Assembly (NCBI GenBank): GCA_977017575.1
Contig: CDRNVI010000030.1
Location: 744,001-808,000, forward strand
Direction: 5' to 3'
DNA length: 64,000 nucleotides
DNA from: Paramoeba atlantica
Taxonomy: Eukaryota; Protista; Discosea
Positions within the stretch are counted from its first letter, which is position 1; every line of letters begins with the position of its first letter. Both the position numbers and the translations under genes were made by a program. Under the pieces are notes generated by a model that was not told the DNA's origin, searched no databases, and saw only the letters and a program-made list of their open reading frames with translations. Shown piece by piece: positions 22,624-33,224 of this stretch.

Positions 22624-23574
22624 TATATTTACAACCTACAACTTGCTCGCTTACTCGTCTCCCATAGCGGGATGTAATTTACCAACCCTTCTTTTTCCTT
22701 TTTTTTGCAGAAGCGACCAGGGCGAGATCTTGCTTCCCTTCACGGGACTTCACATCTTCTCGGGGAGACCCCCCACACAAATTCTTTCAAGCAGATCCAA
22801 ATCATTCGTGCGTACTTCGCACCGGATCTTCCGACTTCTGTTCAGCCTGCTCCTTCTCGTACCACGAGAGGCGCGAGTTTTTTTTTTCTCGGCGATTACA
22901 GTGCCAGGCAAGCCAAGGCGTGTTTACTACGCCGAGATAATGGGGAGTTGCTGTGTCCCTGGGCGGCATACTGTCCAGGGATTAGCAACACCCTCATTAT
23001 CACAGACTTCATAAGCACCTTGGAACCGGGACCAAGACCAGTACGCCTGGCAAGCCATGGTACCGAATAGCTCTTCTTTTTTCTCCTTCTTTCTTCTTCT
23101 TATCCATCAAAAGTGGGACCATATGCTTGCTCACATCGTTCGAAGATCAGTTTCGGACGTCATATCCCGAGTCACCTACCGTTCGTAAAGCACACTAATA
23201 TCCCACTAAACAATCGTAGCAAATGTTTCACAAAGACCACCGCTACTAAAAGCTCTAAACTGCGGTACGTTTGACGGCGCGCTGAATCAAACAGCGAGGC
23301 GATCACATTTTGAAAAGTAGACTTCCTTATTTCTATGCCCTCTTTTCTTCACGTTTTCAAAAGTAAAAATTCGAAACAAAAGCTTCTTTTTTTCTCTCTG
23401 ACAATCGTAGGAAATGTTCACACATTTCCAGAGCACCTTCATCCTACAAACATCAGTCAAGCTATGGATGATGCCACCAATCACCTCAAAAAGGACTTGA
23501 AACAATACATTAAAAAACAACATCAAATCGGATCTGAATCTCCTATACTCCGGTCGAAATCTCCTCATCGCGCA

Positions 23575-23850
23575 AACCAAGTCCAAACCTCACTACACCA
23601 ATTGTAGTGGAAATGGAGCCATAAAAGGCCTCGGATCATAAAATCCGGAATGCGAAACAAGCCCAAAGGACCCCACTACACCAATTGTAGTGGAAATAGA
23701 GCCATAAAAGGCCTCGGATCATAAAATCCGGAACACATAACAAGTCCAAAGGACCTCTCATTACAACAAGTGTAGTGGAAACAGAGCCATAAGGGGCCTC
23801 GGATCACAAAATCCGGAACGCGAAGCAAGTACCAAGGACCTCACCACACG
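23575..23850 (+). repeat. ~3.3 copies of an 83-85-bp tandem repeat with internal hairpins
   Basis: Units anchored at 23591, 23674, 23759 and 23842; CACTACA-ccaat-TGTAGTG and CGGAT-6 nt-ATCCG stems. Confidence 0.9.
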
Positions 23851-24273
23851 ACGGAACGGTTCACCGAGGAACGGCCTTTATACCAGGACCAAACCCAGTG
23901 ACAGGCATGCCCATTGGCACCGCAGATCAACTCCCTCCTCCCCTTCTTGTCATCATTCTAGGTTTTGAAGCGTAAAACAAAACTCTAAGGGGTGTCAAAT
24001 ATGTTGAGCATCTTTTATTAGATACGCACACAGATGCGTAGCCGTAAAGGCATTGCATTAGAAATCCGCGAAAAAAAAGCAGTGCAAAACTGACCCGCCT
24101 ACGCGAGTCGTATAAGGTGCGTCACACAGACAATTTCATTTTTTCTATCCGCTTCTTTTTCTTTACTTCCAGTACACTGGAAAACAACACAAACGGCAGT
24201 GGTACTGTGTGATGATCAGCAATCTTTGCTTACAATAATCATTAAATTTACGACTACAAGAAATCTACCCTTA

Positions 24274-25224
24274 ATGATCATTCGAAGTGATGTGCCAACC
24301 GTCAGTTCCGAAGAACCTCGAGGTGAAGTGCCAACCGTCAGTCCCGAAGGACCTCGAGGCAAAGTAAAACCACCAACCGTCAGTTCCGAAGAACCTCGAG
24401 GTGAAGTGCCAACCGTCAGTCCCGAAGGACCTCGAGGCAAAGTAAAACCACCAACCGTCAGTTCCGAAGAACCTCGAGGTGAAGTGCCAACCGTCAGTCC
24501 CGAAGGACCTCGAGGCAAAGTAAAACCACCAACCGTCAGTTCCGAAGAACCTCGAGGTGAAGTGCCAACCGTCAGTCCCGAAGGACCTCGAGGCAAAGTA
24601 AAACCACCAACCGTCAGTTCCGAAGAACCTCGAGGTGAAGTGCCAACCGTCAGTCCCGAAGGACCTCGAGGCAAAGTAAAACCACCAACCGTCAGTTCCG
24701 AAGAACCTCGAGGTGAAGTGCCAACCGTCAGTCCCGAAGGACCTCGAGGCAAAGTAAAACCACCAACCGTCAGTTCCGAAGAACCTCGAGGTGAAGTGCC
24801 AACCGTCAGTCCCGAAGGACCTCGAGGCAAAGTAAAACCACCAACCGTCAGTTCCGAAGAACCTCGAGGTGAAGTGCCAACCGTCAGTCCCGAAGGACCT
24901 CGAGGCAAAGTAAAACCACCAACCGTCAGTTCCGAAGAACCTCGAGGTGAAGTGCCAACCGTCAGTCCCGAAGGACCTCGAGGCAAAGTAAAACCACCAA
25001 CCGTCAGTTCCGAAGAACCTCGAGGTGAAGTGCCAACCGTCAGTCCCGAAGGACCTCGAGGCAAAGTAAAACCACCAACCGTCAGTTCCGAAGAACCTCG
25101 AGGTGAAGTGCCAACCGTCAGTCCCGAAGGAGCTCGAGGCAAAGTAAAACCACCAACCGTCAGTTCCGAAGAACCTCGAGGTGAAGTGCCAACCGTCAGT
25201 CCCGAAGGACCTCGAGGCAAATAA
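24274..25224 (+). CDS. Possible Pro/Glu/Gly-rich repeat protein (PTVSSEEPRGEVPTVSPEGPRGKVKP)n, antisense to the gene array
   Basis: Open frame from ATG 24274; upstream poly(Y)-AG at 24134-24172; a downstream degenerate repeat differs mostly at synonymous positions in this frame. Confidence 0.4.
   Translation: MIIRSDVPTVSSEEPRGEVPTVSPEGPRGKVKPPTVSSEEPRGEVPTVSPEGPRGKVKPPTVSSEEPRGEVPTVSPEGPRGKVKPPTVSSEEPRGEVPTVSPEGPRGKVKPPTVSSEEPRGEVPTVSPEGPRGKVKPPTVSSEEPRGEVPTVSPEGPRGKVKPPTVSSEEPRGEVPTVSPEGPRGKVKPPTVSSEEPRGEVPTVSPEGPRGKVKPPTVSSEEPRGEVPTVSPEGPRGKVKPPTVSSEEPRGEVPTVSPEGPRGKVKPPTVSSEEPRGEVPTVSPEGARGKVKPPTVSSEEPRGEVPTVSPEGPRGK
24295..25221 (+). repeat. 78-bp tandem repeat (36+42-bp subunits), ~12 copies
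   Basis: CCAACCGTCAGTTCCGAAGAACCTCGAGGTGAAGTG + CCAACCGTCAGTCCCGAAGGACCTCGAGGCAAAGTAAAACCA; only one substitution seen (25132). Confidence 0.98.
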
Positions 25225-25667
25225 TAATAATAATAATAATCGTCGACCGTGAGTCACAAAGGTCCTCGGGGTAGTGCAATTTGGCGCGAACGGTATGTTT
25301 TCCCCGATCAGGGCTAAAACGAACCGGAATAAAATCACGAATGTGGTGCCAGGCTCGGTCCCACATGGAATGTCAACATGTAAATAAAATATGTATATCT
25401 TATCTTTGGATCGGAACCAATGATTATATAGTGTGTTTGTTCAACAAACCTGTATGTTCAACAAACGAAGAGATGAATAGATATTAAAAAATCGTACTTT
25501 ATCGTACAATGACATTCTTCACCTCCACACTTCGTCTTGTTAAGAAGACGACGCCGGGCTTGGGACCGGTGACAAGCGTGTTTTTGAAGTCTGTGATAAT
25601 GTATCTTATATCAGGAGTACATCAATTGTATGAACGACTGGTTCCCTTCGCCGTTCCCAAAAAAACT

Positions 25668-26381
25668 TCAGTCAATATGGAGATGTACATTCCTCTCCAA
25701 TTTAAGCCTAAGAGAACGATTCAAATACGAAACATCTACATGACCTTCCAACGTATTCTTGCTGAGGTTCAGTCGGAGTAGTGCAGAGGGCAAAAAAGAA
25801 AGATTCGGCTGACCTGTAAACCTGTTATTACTAAGGTCTAAAGTATGAAGTCTCGAAGGTAAAGCAGAAAAATCCAAAGTACCTGAAAATCTGTTCCGCC
25901 TTAGCGACAGGGAAGTCAGAGTGCAAGGAAGTCTCGTCAAGTCCACACTTCCTTCAAAAGCATTACAATTTAGATAAAAATCTTTTAGGTTGCAAGGAAG
26001 GCGCGTAACATCTAAAGTGCCGTAAAATTTATTTTTTTCCAGTCTGCCGTACCTAAACTGATGAGGAAAATTATGAAATTCCACCTCTCCTGATAACCGA
26101 CAGTCAGAAACGTCCAAATGTATAAAATTTTGTGGCAAAAAGGTTAGATACTTCCACTGCAAACATCCACCCATAGATATGCCACTCCATTGAATTGATG
26201 TGATTTCACCTCTTTTGGTGCACGTAAGTCCTTCCCATTTACAAGCTGAAATGTTCGTTATCCAAGTTTTATGTCTATCATTAACCTTTTCGATCAATCT
26301 TTCCAAGTTGTACTCATCCGGTAAGTTTATTCTCCTTACTTTGGCTGGACGTGAATAGCTGGTATAATTGGTTGAGTTCAT
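25668..26381 (-). CDS. LRR family protein 5
   Basis: RPAKVRRINLPDEY, ACKWEGLTC cap, 23-aa LRRs. Confidence 0.9.
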   Translation of the reverse strand: MNSTNYTSYSRPAKVRRINLPDEYNLERLIEKVNDRHKTWITNISACKWEGLTCTKRGEITSIQWSGISMGGCLQWKYLTFLPQNFIHLDVSDCRLSGEVEFHNFPHQFRYGRLEKNKFYGTLDVTRLPCNLKDFYLNCNAFEGSVDLTRLPCTLTSLSLRRNRFSGTLDFSALPSRLHTLDLSNNRFTGQPNLSFLPSALLRLNLSKNTLEGHVDVSYLNRSLRLKLERNVHLHID

Positions 26382-26653
26382 AGTTTTAATTGTTAAATAA
26401 ACCAAACCTTATCTTGAATGTGTTGTCAAAGTCTAAGAAGGGATATTTCTTATGAATTTAATTTTTCCACCCGAAGATTTTGTCCCTGCTTGTAAGAAAC
26501 ATAAGGTGGACGTGTGCTTGAAACAGAATTTTCAATCCACCTGCTAAACTTCTCGTCATACATAAGAATGTGTGCATTGTACATACATGCATTGTATGTG
26601 AGAATTAGCAGTCTTGCGCAAGAAAAGGGGTATCTATGCTAAACATCCTCTCC

Positions 26654-27661
26654 TTAGAATGAACAGACTTCTAAAATTGTGTCACATAATTTCTGTTTGT
26701 TCGGAAGATAATGCGCTTCGTAAATATGAGGAAAAGGTGAGTCAAGTCCACATACCCGACGTGGAGGAGCGTCTAAGTACAAGAAGCACTCCTTCGTAAG
26801 CGAAGCAACTAATTCCGCCCCAAACCCAGACGTAACGGGAGCTTCATGCGTCACCAAAAATCGCCCTGTTTTCCTTACAGACGCCGCAAGCGTGGCCAAA
26901 TCAAACGGCAACAACGTGCGAAGATCAATCACCTCCACCGAGAGGCCTTCCCGTTGCACTTTCGCCAATTCTACCCCCGCATGCACTCTCCGCAGCTGCG
27001 CTCCGTAGGAAATCACCGTGAGGTCATGTCCTTCCGTCACCACACGAGCCTCTCCCAGGGGGGTATAAAACCCCTCACACTCCACCTCCTGAGTTACCGT
27101 ACGATACAGTGCCTTGGGCTCCAGAAACACACACGGGTTACGATCCTCTATACAGGACAGCAACAACCCCTTCGCCTCAGACGGGGTAGAGGGCATCACC
27201 ACTTTCAACCCCGGCAGGTGCGTAAGAAAACTCTCCGGGCTCTGGGAGTGGTACGTCCCTCCGTGGCCGACTGCTCCACAGGGGGCACGCACGGTAAGCC
27301 CCCCACAATCAAACATCCCCCCACTACGGTAGCGGTACTTTGCCGCCTCATTCGCGAGTTGATCCAACCCGGGGTAGAGGTAATCCGCGAACTGAATCTC
27401 CGCAATCGCCTCCCACCCGTTGGAGGCAAGACCGATGGCAAACCCCATGATGCCTTGCTCCGTGTCGGGGGTGTTGAACACACGACCCTTGCCGTATTTG
27501 GACTGTAGCCCGAGGGAACAGCGAAACACCCCGCCAAAGGCAACGTCCTCCCCGAAGAAAAAGGTTTTCGGAGACGACCCGAGTGCGCAGTCCAGCGCGC
27601 TGTTGATGGCTTGTGCCATGTTCATCTCGATTTTTTGGCGCCACGGGGGAAGGAGACGCAT
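26654..27661 (-). CDS. BCKDHB: 2-oxoisovalerate dehydrogenase E1 beta subunit
   Basis: MNMAQAINSAL, FGEDVAFGGVFRC, AEIQFADY, GHGGTYHSQSPE, FLEPKALYR, EVIDLRTL. Confidence 0.93.
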   Translation of the reverse strand: MRLLPPWRQKIEMNMAQAINSALDCALGSSPKTFFFGEDVAFGGVFRCSLGLQSKYGKGRVFNTPDTEQGIMGFAIGLASNGWEAIAEIQFADYLYPGLDQLANEAAKYRYRSGGMFDCGGLTVRAPCGAVGHGGTYHSQSPESFLTHLPGLKVVMPSTPSEAKGLLLSCIEDRNPCVFLEPKALYRTVTQEVECEGFYTPLGEARVVTEGHDLTVISYGAQLRRVHAGVELAKVQREGLSVEVIDLRTLLPFDLATLAASVRKTGRFLVTHEAPVTSGFGAELVASLTKECFLYLDAPPRRVCGLDSPFPHIYEAHYLPNKQKLCDTILEVCSF

Positions 27662-27740
27662 GGTAGAGACTCCGCAGTGTGCTGCTCGTGTTAGCGGATA
27701 CGTGGTAGGCCGTGGGGGGTTTAGTGAGGAGGTTAAAACA
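26800..27740. other. GC-rich island with strand-skew inversion, centre ~27430
   Basis: + strand C-rich at 26800-27320 and G-rich at 27460-27740; boundaries approximate. Confidence 0.65.
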
Positions 27741-28436
27741 TCAATTTGAATGGGTACATGGCAAATTTTTGTGGATACTTCGTAACGGAATCGTAAAAGA
27801 AGGTTTCACTGGAGAGATGGATAGCATTGCGAATTTCTCATAGGGGGTAACAAGGATAGAGAAAAGTGAGTCTAATATGTTTGTTTCTCAAAAAAAGGTT
27901 AATCATTGCTTCTGTCAATTTGTGCATTTTATTTTTTCCCCACCGAGAGTTCATTTCTTTTAGTTAGAACTCGGATAGAAAAGCTACTTTTAGACAGATA
28001 TTCTGTGTATACAAATCTACAATATGAACACGGCTATTATTTTTACGGAAAATGAAAAAGAAAGTGCTATTCTACTGTGTAAGTGTGATACAAGAGGTAA
28101 AATTTATATTATTGTAGCGCTATTAGATTTCTCTCTTGGACCGAACGATAAATGTTCTTTGCTTACGAAGAGAGGAGTTCTAGCAATTTGTTTATATCAT
28201 ATTTCAAAAAATAACTGCGCCTGCAACTTTTGATCACTATCCAGTTAAAAAACTGGATTACACGACTTACTTTGTACAGTGAGACTAAAATTGAATAACC
28301 ACAATACCATCATAATATTTTTCTTTCGTCAGTTTTGTAAATATCACCAGTAAAAGAAACTAGTAAGATTGACGGTAAAACATTCTTATTTCCTACGTAG
28401 ACTAATTTTAAGAATTCAACTAAAAGGAAGCCATTT

Positions 28437-28865
28437 CTAAAGTTTACCATTAAGAAGGTACATCATAAGAGCGGTCCCAGCATAGGTCATCACTGCGTAG
28501 TACCCTTGGTTAATCGCAATCAGACGCCATGGTCTGTGCTCCCACACACATCCTCCCGCTGACGTCAATGAGAACCCGACATGCATCATTGTCACGGTTA
28601 TTAAGGCCTGCTGGTTGAGTCCCCCACGAAGCAGTCTCAGGGAGTTCAGGACATGGTGGACCGTCGCGATTCGAAGTGCATTCAAGAACGTACCAACCAC
28701 AAAACTGAATGGAATCGGGTACTGGTTTGCCCAACGCTCAAAGCGGCGTGCCTTGTCAGAATTCATCAAGGAAACCCACTGCCGGTTAAAGATAGGGCCA
28801 TACCAGAGAGCGCCAAGTGCGGTCATAGCAAATCCGCACAATGCAAAGACGAGGTACAGATGCAT
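28437..28865 (-). CDS. DUF1761-like membrane protein, paralogue A (142 aa)
   Basis: LGALWYGPIF..W, four hydrophobic segments, EHRPWRLIAINQGY. Confidence 0.75.
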   Translation of the reverse strand: MHLYLVFALCGFAMTALGALWYGPIFNRQWVSLMNSDKARRFERWANQYPIPFSFVVGTFLNALRIATVHHVLNSLRLLRGGLNQQALITVTMMHVGFSLTSAGGCVWEHRPWRLIAINQGYYAVMTYAGTALMMYLLNGKL

Positions 28866-29329
28866 GTCGTTTGGTTAAAACTGTGAAGAAAGAATACAAA
28901 GACGAAATACTCCGAAAATATGATAGGGAAAATATTTGGTTTTGTTGATAAGATACGCTGTCCTTTTCGATGTAATAAAAAAAGAGAATACCATTCATAG
29001 GCACGAGCCTTATGGACTATTTCGCTTTCATATTAGAGATGTGACACATTTAATTGTTGAATATACTAAATCACACCTCACCTACTATATTGCACTATTT
29101 TGTGTCCTAAAACTTGACCAGCACTACGTTACTATCCTTACGAAGAAATACTGTACATCATTGCTAAAGAAACAATGAGATACCCTTTTGTCACTTTTCT
29201 TCAGTCAAAATATTAGTTTTTCTGACAATACCTATTTAAACTGAATTAGCTTCTTTTATACTATTTTCCGTCACATCTTTAATAACCATAGAAAGTATGC
29301 TAAAATCTTACGAAAAAAATACTATTTGA

Positions 29330-29870
29330 ACCCTACTAACTCAACCCTATACTACAAACCCACACACTTTTTCTTTTACAACTTTAAATGGACTAGGTAC
29401 AACAGAGCCGCCGTGCCCGCATACGTCATCGCGACCATCCCTGCCTGGGAGATAATCACAAGACGCCACGGGCGGTGTTCCCAGAGCGATTGAGCCGCCA
29501 GGGTGAGAGACATCCCGACGTGCAGAGTAGTCACGGCCAGAAACGCCTCCTGGGTGAGACCCGGGAGAAGAAGCTTCAGCGATCCCAGGAGCTGGTGGAT
29601 CACCGCAATGCGAACGGCGTTGGAGAACGTGCTGCACAGAAATCCGGTGCAAAAGGAGTACTGGGTAGCCCAGCGATCGAAGCGCCGTGACTTGTCAACG
29701 GCCATTTGGGAGATCCAAGCGGGACCGAACACAGGGCCGAACCACAACGCCCCGACCAGATTCATCGCCAGGGCGCAAAGACCGTAGATGAAGTAGGTGT
29801 GCATAGAAGTGTTAATAGGTAGTAAAGGATTTAGGTAGGAGAAAAGGAGAAAAAGTCTATGTGAGAAGAA
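29330..29870. other. GC-rich island with strand-skew inversion, centre ~29600
   Basis: C/A-rich left flank (accctactaactcaaccc...acccacacac) and G-rich right flank (gtaggtgtg...ggatttaggtaggag); boundaries approximate. Confidence 0.6.
29376..29804 (-). CDS. DUF1761-like membrane protein, paralogue B (142 aa)
   Basis: ATG at 29804; VGALWFGPVF..W, EHRPWRLVIISQAG; collinear with paralogue A and the same length. Confidence 0.78.
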   Translation of the reverse strand: MHTYFIYGLCALAMNLVGALWFGPVFGPAWISQMAVDKSRRFDRWATQYSFCTGFLCSTFSNAVRIAVIHQLLGSLKLLLPGLTQEAFLAVTTLHVGMSLTLAAQSLWEHRPWRLVIISQAGMVAMTYAGTAALLYLVHLKL

Positions 29871-30018
29871 AAATAAACGAATTGCATGGGTCTCTATTAA
29901 GAAGATTCGCTTCCACAAGTAGCTGCAAAACTGTGAAATCAGGAATCTACACATTAATTATTTTCCAAAAATGTACTACACATGTTCAATGTTTCAGCTA
30001 TTTTTAGATTCCCATACC

Positions 30019-31242
30019 TTACACACTGAAGAGCTGGCCAATGTGTGCCGTAGAGAAGCTTGGAGCTACTGCGTTTGAATTGCTTTGTCCCGGTTCTGGA
30101 GAATTCCGAACTTGAATAACAATTGGCCCTCCTAGGGTACTAGGAAGACTCAACATTGTGTTTGTATTTGTTTGAGAAGTAATGTCATCACTTTTTGTGG
30201 GTGTCTGCATAACTTCAGATGGGTATGTAGAATTTAAAGGCAAGGCTGCATGAGCATGTGTAAGAGAAGAAAAAGATGGCTCATCCAGTTCGATCGCCTT
30301 CGCTTGAGTACTTTGTAAAAAATGATATTGATTTGAAGACGGTCTATCTTCGTCTAATGCCATGTAATGTGTGTTTAAACTGCTTAAAGATTTTTTTTCT
30401 TGCTGTTCCTGATTTTTTTTTGGTACGTTCAATCTTGAATGATGAGAAGCCGGCGTTGCTTTAGATTCACTCGAAGATGTTTTCTGATGTTTGTTGATCA
30501 TTTTTCGCAGAGAATTTGGTACCCGAGTATTTGAATTGTTGAGAGAATGGATAAGCTGATCTACCACTAAATTCACTGCCACAGAACTGTGCGATGCGTT
30601 GTCTCTCTTTTTGTTCCCCTTTTGAGACGTGAATTCTTTGTGTTTACCTTGCTTGTTATGGTGTGTTTCCGAGTGCAATAACGACGAAGAAGGGTTTATC
30701 TTTTGCTTCTTCTTTCGCTCCATGCTTTGTAGGTAGGATGATTGAGGCAAAGGAGGAAGATTCTGTACCTCTTTCGCCTTTGCACGGTGGATCCTTTGTA
30801 GCAAAGGGGAGCGCCAACCCCCGCGATTTTGGTTTAAAAACACACAACTAATATCTCGAGCTCCCTCCAGGCGAGGGGCGATCTCTTCAAACCCCTTCGA
30901 GGCTCCAAGAACGGTAAAAGGTATTTCCATGGGAATGATCTCGTGGACTTGCCCGATGGTCATACTAAGAGCGAGTGCGGTGGCATCCTCTCGTGGAGTC
31001 GGGGAGCTATCGATCTCCACTGCCTGTGACGCCAGCAGAGTGTAAAATGTTAGACGCCCCAAAGCTTGAAAGAGCGAAGTCCTACCGCAAAAAGCCCACA
31101 CAAACACTCCTGGGGGGACCAGGGGATATTTGGCATTGTGAAGGTCGTCACAACACAGAAAGAATTCTGGCACAGCAGTCAGATCAACGAAAAGTAGTTG
31201 ATCAAATCCTGGTCGAATGAGAGAAAGATCCCAGGAAGACAT
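30019..31242 (-). CDS. Protein with an N-terminal ZNF451-type PIN-like domain and a low-complexity tail
   Basis: LLFVDL...PPGVFVWAF.G...REDATALALSMTIGQVHEIIPMEIPFTVLGASKGF aligns by eye to the ZNF451 C-terminal FVDFD..GTFIWGFQG..KDAADFAICMHAGRLDEQLPKQIPFTILSGDQGF. Confidence 0.65.
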   Translation of the reverse strand: MSSWDLSLIRPGFDQLLFVDLTAVPEFFLCCDDLHNAKYPLVPPGVFVWAFCGRTSLFQALGRLTFYTLLASQAVEIDSSPTPREDATALALSMTIGQVHEIIPMEIPFTVLGASKGFEEIAPRLEGARDISCVFLNQNRGGWRSPLLQRIHRAKAKEVQNLPPLPQSSYLQSMERKKKQKINPSSSLLHSETHHNKQGKHKEFTSQKGNKKRDNASHSSVAVNLVVDQLIHSLNNSNTRVPNSLRKMINKHQKTSSSESKATPASHHSRLNVPKKNQEQQEKKSLSSLNTHYMALDEDRPSSNQYHFLQSTQAKAIELDEPSFSSLTHAHAALPLNSTYPSEVMQTPTKSDDITSQTNTNTMLSLPSTLGGPIVIQVRNSPEPGQSNSNAVAPSFSTAHIGQLFSV

Positions 31243-32603
31243 TTATTAAAAAAAAGTATGTTTGGTTGTCACAGGAGCTATCTCAAGTCACATTATTTGC
31301 AATATGCGTGCAAAATTCCAGTGCTTGTAATAAAGTATGTAACTCAGTAACTTTCAGTTTTTTAGAAATCTAGTATTTCTAGGAAATTTCTAGGCTCTTT
31401 CCACGCTTCTTACCCTGTTTACGCTACTTACGCACTTACAAGAGGAAGCGGAATGATTGGATCAAAAAAAAAATAGCCTTCCTTCAAAATCATAACAAAA
31501 TACAAGACGTTTCAGTGCGGTCTGTGTAAGCGTTTAGAACCTATTGCCAATGAAATCCCGCTTTTCTTTGCAGACAAGTCTACAAATCCGTTGCCTTCGT
31601 GATTACCTGTGTAGTCCAATTGAGCCGAAAGAGTCTTATGACGTCGACCGCTAGCGATGAATTTTCTCGTATTCTGTCAAAGCAAAATCTACCAAGGTGT
31701 TGAGCGACAAAGAATTTGTGTTCTTCAGCTATACAGGTTGTTCTTCAGCCATTCAATCACCATTTTAAGCAAAAGTCAGTGCATAATGCGAAGGTGTGCC
31801 AAGGCTAAGGTATCCGAGACAAAAGTACATATGTTACTAAAAATACGTATGTTACTCAGCATTACCGTAGAGGAGAGTTGTCAGTCTCAGCTCAAAAACA
31901 ATGTTGGGAGTCGTAAAGACCACAGTACATCGTTAGCCACGTTTCCGATCGTAAACCACTAAGGCAATGCCATACCGTCATCGTGGTGCTCATAAAAAAG
32001 AGGACATCACGAAGCATGATTAGGCTTTGAATGAATGACCTCGGATGCATTCTCTGTGTTACAGTTATTCGACGCATAAGCGATTCTTGCTTGAATCACA
32101 CGCTTCGCTACCGTGCGCGTAATTTCGTTCTCCGAAAGACCTATCAGAAATAAACAGTCGGAAACATATTCTTCAGCCATTTCGGAATGTATGAAGTGTA
32201 AGATTAGTAAGAGAAAAACTAATCATTTTTACCATACTTCACATGACTTGTATGTGTAGAATTATACAAAAAGACGAGGTCGACACACATTCATTTAAAA
32301 AGAATACAACCAAAAGGTACGCACAAAACGAGTTCCTTGTTAAGCGATTCAGCGAGCAAAAAAGCACATGTTTTCTGTAGTAACAAAAAACAATAAAACA
32401 ATGTGTTAAAATGTTATTCAAGAACAGGGAACGAAAATAGAGCAAATACAGCAATTAGGAATTTTTGGGCACCAAGCAAACAAGGAATTAAGAAATTTTG
32501 AACAAGAGATTGTTAACTATAACACTCTACAGTTGCAGATACCCCAGCCTCGATGTTTTACAAATTCCGGAAATCACAAGCGTGTAAACATTGAGGAATC
32601 AAA

Positions 32604-33224
32604 TCAGAGTTCATCGTGCTCTGGGGATTTCATCCATTCGTACATAGGATTCGTGTTTTCTATGCCGACATTCGTCATCCAGGGAGTAAATATCTTTTCG
32701 TACCTTGTCCGCATTTCATTCAATTTCACCTCCTCGCCTTTGTTTCTTACGAAATTAACCAGAGCAAGCAGATGCTTGCGACCGATAGTATAGTAAGGTG
32801 ACTTGAGAGAAGTTTTTAGAATATCTTTGGCTGTCTTTTTGAGCTTCGTAGCGGTTGACCTTCCGTGTTGCATAAAACAATCGCTCACGACATCCTTTAT
32901 CTTCGCAATACTACTTTCATCAAGATTCATTTCCTGCGCCGTTTCAGAGGCAAACTGAGACCATACGTCCCACAAAGGCTCGGTGGGCAGTAATCCGGTG
33001 TAGCCCATTTGTGCAGCTTTGGAGGCACTAATTTTCTTATCCTTCACACGAATGGCAGCCTCAATCCAATCCGATTTTTCTGCACAACCATTGCAATTCT
33101 CATCGCGATCGCTCAGAAATGATTTAAGCTCTTTCATTTTCATTTTCCGTATTTGCTCCTCGGGGACAGCGCATACGAGTGCAGCTGGGAGCAAAACGCA
33201 AATGAGAAATGTACAAAAACGCAT
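32604..33224 (-). CDS. ER-lumenal protein with an ARMET/MANF-C-like SAP domain and HDEL signal
   Basis: Signal peptide MRFCTFLICVLLPAALVCA, KMKMKELKSFL..CNGCAEKSDWI, C-terminal HDEL. Confidence 0.8.
   Translation of the reverse strand: MRFCTFLICVLLPAALVCAVPEEQIRKMKMKELKSFLSDRDENCNGCAEKSDWIEAAIRVKDKKISASKAAQMGYTGLLPTEPLWDVWSQFASETAQEMNLDESSIAKIKDVVSDCFMQHGRSTATKLKKTAKDILKTSLKSPYYTIGRKHLLALVNFVRNKGEEVKLNEMRTRYEKIFTPWMTNVGIENTNPMYEWMKSPEHDEL

Noticed and set aside
23575-25221. CRISPR-like array
   Set aside because: Repeats are contiguous with no unique spacers, no cas genes are present, and the context is eukaryotic
25222-25239. Stop-codon reassignment (Blastocrithidia-like) to read through (TAA)6
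   Set aside because: Conserved genes in the window are open without in-frame stops and terminate at TAA, TAG or TGA normally
24216-25338. Minus-strand ORFs through the 78-bp array (FASRSFGTDGW... and TLPRGPSG...)
   Set aside because: Open only because the unit lacks stops; the synonymous pattern in the degenerate copy favours the + frame, though minus-strand coding is not formally excluded
31480-32200. Possible pseudogene in a long intergenic gap
   Set aside because: Only short frames with many stops and no recognisable motif
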